Shown: positions 59,394 to 63,498 of the stretch, in pieces | Position numbering within the stretch: position 1 is the first letter of the stretch | Layout of the letters: each line of letters opens with the position of its first letter | NCBI GenBank assembly: GCA_026023565.1 | Contig: JAPETS010000073.1 | Coordinates: forward strand, 1-63,498 | Source of the DNA: Cirrosporium novae-zelandiae | Lineage: Eukaryota | Reading direction: 5' to 3' | Length of the DNA stretch: 63,498 bases | Made by a program: the position numbers and the translations under genes | Notes under the pieces: generated by a model | Database searches by the model: none | What the model saw: the letters and a program-made list of their open reading frames with translations, nothing else | What the model was told of the DNA's origin: nothing

Positions 59394-61722
59394 TAAAGGT
59401 TAGTCCTCCAATAAAAAAAATCTATTGGTAATTATCTGGGTAAATTTCAAAAAACACTTTATTTCTCGCTTGCTTCGCTAACTCCGTAGCGGTCCCTCCC
59501 CCCGCTCCTCGGCATTATTACTGAGGTAGCGGGGGGCCAAAAAAAGATTTCTTTTTTTTCCTCCTGCTGTGCTGGCGGAGCATGCTTGCAGTTGTTTTTT
59601 TTTGTGCTAGGCTCTCTTTTTCATTCCTATAGCTAGAGCACAAAAAAAAACACGCAAAACACGCAAAAGTGGATTTGAAGCGAAACTTCTTTAAGGAATT
59701 AAATAAGAACGTTCAACGACTAAAGGTGAGTGTTTAACAATAATCCTTTTTTAACACCCAGCACCTTTATCTATATATAAATCTTTATAATAACTATAGT
59801 AAGTAAATTACGATTTAGTAAAATAGACTCTATCGAGCTTAGGATATGTCATACTGGATACAATCCTTTTTTATAGATAAATAAAGAACAAAAATGTTAA
59901 ATATTTTTAATGTTAAGCTTAACAATAATAAATCTAAAGTTATATCTGTAGAGAATAAAAATGAAAATTTAAACCAAATTATACCTTTTCCACCTGCTAG
60001 TAAAGAATGGTTTAATGGTTTATATGCTTTTAATAAAAATACAAGTAAATTAACACCTACGGCAGATAAATTAACATTTAAGTTAATTAAAAGTTATTTT
60101 AATATGTATAGTAAAGGATTGGAAAGAGAAAAAGAAATAGAATTTCAACGCCCTCGTCTAAAATTTAGAAGAAGGTCAATTCATAAGATTTATGTTAGTA
60201 AAGCTGAATTTAAACACACTAATAATAATGTTATTATTACTGTTTACCTTTATAATAAAGAAAAATATAATTTTCAAGATAAAATAAAGTACTTAGCATA
60301 TTTAAGTAATCCAGAATTTTTAATAAAAACAAAAAAACTAAAAGAAATAAGTAAAAAAATATTCAAAGAGGTAAAAATAGAAAAACATCTAATCCTAAAA
60401 AAATTTGAGGCTCCTTCGGCTCTGCGCAGAGCCGAGGATCACAGCCTTGCATACGGTTGTTTTTTCTCGCTTGCAACTCCTTCGCAGGCTGCTTGCGCAC
60501 ACGGAGTAAGAAAAATACCACAGCCTAAAAATAATTTAAAGGATTATGAAGGTTTATATTTTCAAGACTTCATTAAAATTTATTTAAAAAAAGAAATGCT
60601 AAAGGTTTTTTACAAAGAGATGATTCGTTTTAATAAATTTAAGTTTGAATATACATATTTAAAAGAAGTTGCTCCTTTAATAAAAAAAATTTATGGTAAA
60701 AATATAGAATTTAATTTAGTTAGTTTAAAACACCTATACTTAAATAGTGATATCTTTACAGAAGCTATAGTTAATAAATTAAGAAAAAAAAAAAGTAGAA
60801 TCTTAAAAGTCTTAAAGCTTTCTTTAGCTCTAGTAAAACTACCACCTTTGAATAAATATATATCTCTAGAGAGTGTGCCTTTGCTAAGATTAGAAAAAAT
60901 TAAAAATAGTAACATTAATTACTATCTATCTAGCGCAGATAAAGATAAAGATTCCTTAGATAAAATTTTCGATAATATATTTCTGCGTGCACCTTTAGGA
61001 TATAATAGTTTAAATGAAATTGACAAACAAATAAATGTCTTAAGATCTCTTAAATATAAGTATATAAGAGGTGTTAGATTAGAAGCTGCGGGGAGATTGA
61101 CAAGACGTAATACTGCTTCAAAAGCTATTTATAAAATTAAATATAAAGGTACTTTAAAAAATATAGATTCTTCTTATAAAGGTCTATCTTCGGTGTTATT
61201 AAAAGGTCACATAAAACCTAATTTACAGTATAGTCTAATAAATTCAAAAACACGAAGAGGATCCTTTGGTTTAAAAGGCTGAGTTAATAGTAATTAAAGA
61301 TTATCTCTAACTGAACCTTTAGCCGAAGGAGTGGATGTTTTCGTCTTATTTTGTTTTTATAAGGCCCCTTCCTTAATTTCGTAGGCTAGCTTCTGTGTTT
61401 TTAGTGTTTTTCTCTGCGGAGCGGTTCTTGTTTTTTGTGCGAAGCACTTGTTTTTTGTGTTTTTTTGTGCGAAGCACTTGTTTTTTTGTGCGAAGCACAA
61501 AAAAACACTAAAAAACACTAAAAACACTAAAAACACTAAAAACACTAAAACAAGAAAAAAAGAAACTGCTCCGCTGTTTTTTTTTATATAATAAAACAAC
61601 AAAACAAGAGAAGCTTATATTTCAAATTACAAATAATTTTTAGATAAAGGTGATGAAATAGTCTGAACCACTTTGTGAAAGGTGGAAATAAAAACATAAA
61701 AGTTTTTATGGTAACACGTTTG
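59394..61722 (+). mobile_element. Group IA intron (L2449/2450) containing rps3
   Basis: Splits ctagggat|aacaggct; ttcaacgactaaa and gatgaaatagtct. Confidence 0.93.
59894..61297 (+). CDS. rps3: Ribosomal protein S3, with an in-frame GC-rich insertion near 60408-60505
   Basis: FPPASKEWFNGLYAFN, SKAEFKHTN, GVRLEAAGRLTRR, GSFGLKGW. Confidence 0.95.
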
Positions 61723-62443
61723 AACAGGCTGATTGCGCCAGAGAGTACAAATTGAGTGCGCAGTTTGGCACCTCGATGTCGGCTTAGCTTATCCACATGA
61801 ATGCAGGAATCATGAAGGGTGTGACTGTTCGTCAATTAAAAAGCTACACGAGCTGGGTTAAATACGTCGTGAGACAGTATGGTTTCTATCTTCTAGGGGA
61901 AGTTTGAGTAAAATAAAGATGGCCCCCTCGTACGAAAGGAGTTGGGTATATTAACCTCTGGTTTACCTGTTGTTTATGTACCCTATATTAATAGAATATT
62001 TCTACTATTATAAGAAATAAATTCAGTTATCTGCATTTTTTTTTCGGGCCCCCCGCTACCTCAGCAGTAATGCTGAGGAGCGGGGGGATATATAAGGGTT
62101 TTGCTTTCACTTATGCAAATATATAGCATAGGCATGGCAGGAAAGCTACGTTAGTTAAAGATAAGTGCTGAATGCATCTAGGCGCGAAACTTACTTTAAG
62201 ATACTCTTAGATATACGTAGTTTAACACTACGACTGATTTTTGTTTTGAATTCTTTGCGCTTTGATTAACTCGCACTCCGTGAGGATCACAGCACTAAGA
62301 ATTAAGATAATAAATAGGCTTTAGTTGAAAGGATTTTGATGTTTTTAGGCATAAAGTACTAATTTTTAAATTACTAAATAATTCACTTATCGGTACATTT
62401 TCCATCTTAATTGTATTATAAATACAAAGTTAAAGATAGAAAA

Positions 62444-62514
62444 GCCTTGTTAGCATAAAAGTAATGCAATCGTTTTGTAATCGATAGAAGTAAGTGCAAT
62501 ACTTGCACAGGGTT
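62444..62514 (+). tRNA. trnT: tRNA-Thr(TGT)
   Basis: Cloverleaf, anticodon tgt. Confidence 0.92.
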
Positions 62515-62517
62515 AAA

Positions 62518-62591
62518 GCCCCAATAGTCAAGTTGGTTAAGACATAACATTTTCACCGTTATATTCAGGAGTTCGAGCCTCCTTTGGGGTA
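62518..62591 (+). tRNA. trnE: tRNA-Glu(TTC)
   Basis: Loop ttttcac. Confidence 0.92.
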
Positions 62592-62613
62592 TTTTAGTCT
62601 ATAATAAGTTTTA

Positions 62614-62684
62614 TGTGGGTTGGTGTAATAGTAACATAACTGGCTCATGCCCAGTAGATTTCGGTGCAACTCCTTAACCCGCAA
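62614..62684 (+). tRNA. trnM: tRNA-Met(CAT)
   Basis: actgg-ctcatgc-ccagt. Confidence 0.88.
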
Positions 62685-62687
62685 ATA

Positions 62688-62760
62688 AAGGCTATAGCTT
62701 AATAGGTAAAGCAAGCTGCTCATAATAGCTCAGATGAGTGTTCAAGTCATTCTAGCCTTA
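62688..62760 (+). tRNA. trnM: tRNA-Met(CAT), second copy
   Basis: agctg-ctcataa-tagct. Confidence 0.92.
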
Positions 62761-62763
62761 TTA

Positions 62764-62845
62764 GTCCGAGTGCTGGAATTGGTAGACAGGGCAAATTTAA
62801 AATTTGTTGATGAGAATCGTAAACGTTCAAGTCGTTTTTCGGATA
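62764..62845 (+). tRNA. trnL: tRNA-Leu(TAA)
   Basis: gcaaa-tttaaaa-tttgt, variable arm. Confidence 0.92.
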
Positions 62846-62859
62846 AAGGAAATAATTAA

Positions 62860-62931
62860 GGGGATATAGTTTAGATGGTAAAACTGCGATTTTGCATATC
62901 GTTATCTCAGGATCGAGCCCTGATATCTCCA
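62860..62931 (+). tRNA. trnA: tRNA-Ala(TGC)
   Basis: gcgat-tttgcat-atcgt. Confidence 0.93.
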
Positions 62932-63224
62932 ATATTAGTCAGATTGTACCAAGCCCTTTATATCCCCTTGCTCTGCATTGCTGAAGGGGTTGTTGTGTTT
63001 TTTGTGCGAAGCACTTGTTTTTTGTGCGAAGCACTTGTTTTTTTTGTGCGAAGCACTTGTTTTTTTTGTGCGAAGCACTTGTTTTTTTGTGCGAAGCACT
63101 TGTTTTTTTGTGCGAAGCACAAAAAAACACTAAAAAACACTAAAAACACTAAAAACACTAAAAACACTAAAAACACTAAAAACACTAAAACACTAAAACA
63201 AGACAACAAAAAAAAAGGGCTTAG

Positions 63225-63270
63225 GCTCGAGAAACTTAATTGGTAGAGCGGAACTCTGAAGATCCTACTA
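63225..63270 (+). pseudogene. Truncated tRNA-Phe(GAA) remnant
   Basis: gctcgag..aattggtagagcggaac.ctgaag 5' half at the position expected after trnA; no T arm. Confidence 0.6.
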
Positions 63271-63297
63271 CTTTGTTTCATAATATAATTTAAACAA

Positions 63298-63350
63298 TAT
63301 TGTTTAGTGTAACGGTAACACATCAGGCTTATGGTTTGATATAGTGGTTC
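63298..63350 (+). pseudogene. Degenerate tRNA remnant (possibly Gln-derived)
   Basis: D arm gtgt-aacggta-acac, anticodon arm tcagg/tttga, ggttc, then broken. Confidence 0.5.
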
Positions 63351-63498
63351 TCCAAATCTTGCTTCGCCCAGCCCCCCCCCCCCTCCAAGGCCCCACGTCG
63401 AAAGCAGGATGCTTCGTCTGCTCTTTTTTGTTTCAACGATCACCCCCGCTCCTCAGCATTACTGCTGAGGTAGCGGGGGGGGGTCAAAAAAAAAAGCA

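Larger units (their letters stand above)
51640..62380 (+). rRNA. rnl: Large subunit rRNA with four introns (ends approximate)
   Basis: gtaccttttgcataatggg, gggtcctaaggtagcg, ctagggat|aacagg, gcacctcgatgtcggc, gagctgggttaaatacgtcgtgagacag. Confidence 0.95.

Overview
This window is most of a filamentous ascomycete (Pezizomycotina) mitochondrial genome, read in genetic code 4 (TGA=Trp), so the supplied ORF track fragments most genes. All genes are on the + strand, in the order nad1, atp9, nad4, cob, cox2, atp8, nad4L, nad5, atp6, a probable rnpB, rns, nad6, cox3 and rnl (with intronic rps3), plus about 20 tRNAs. It has 11 group I introns and 2 LAGLIDADG-encoding group II introns, and the intergenic DNA is crowded with GC-rich palindromic elements. 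cox1, nad3 and intact nad2 are not in the window. The main unusual signals are: (1) large orphan 'passenger' ORFs attached to the 3' ends of core genes (nad4, cob, atp8, nad5, cox3). Three have a transmembrane / Asn-rich repeat / globular-tail layout, and the nad4 and cob passengers share a homologous C-terminal domain. (2) A 50-nt covarying RNA motif upstream of two unrelated start codons. (3) Two intact orphan ORFs sharing an acidic C-terminal motif. (4) Serial 3'-end-replacing invasions of atp9, cox2, atp6 and rns. (5) Duplicated tRNAs with shifted anticodons and a tRNA-like element at the rns 3' end. All coordinates and alignments were derived by eye; no searches were run.
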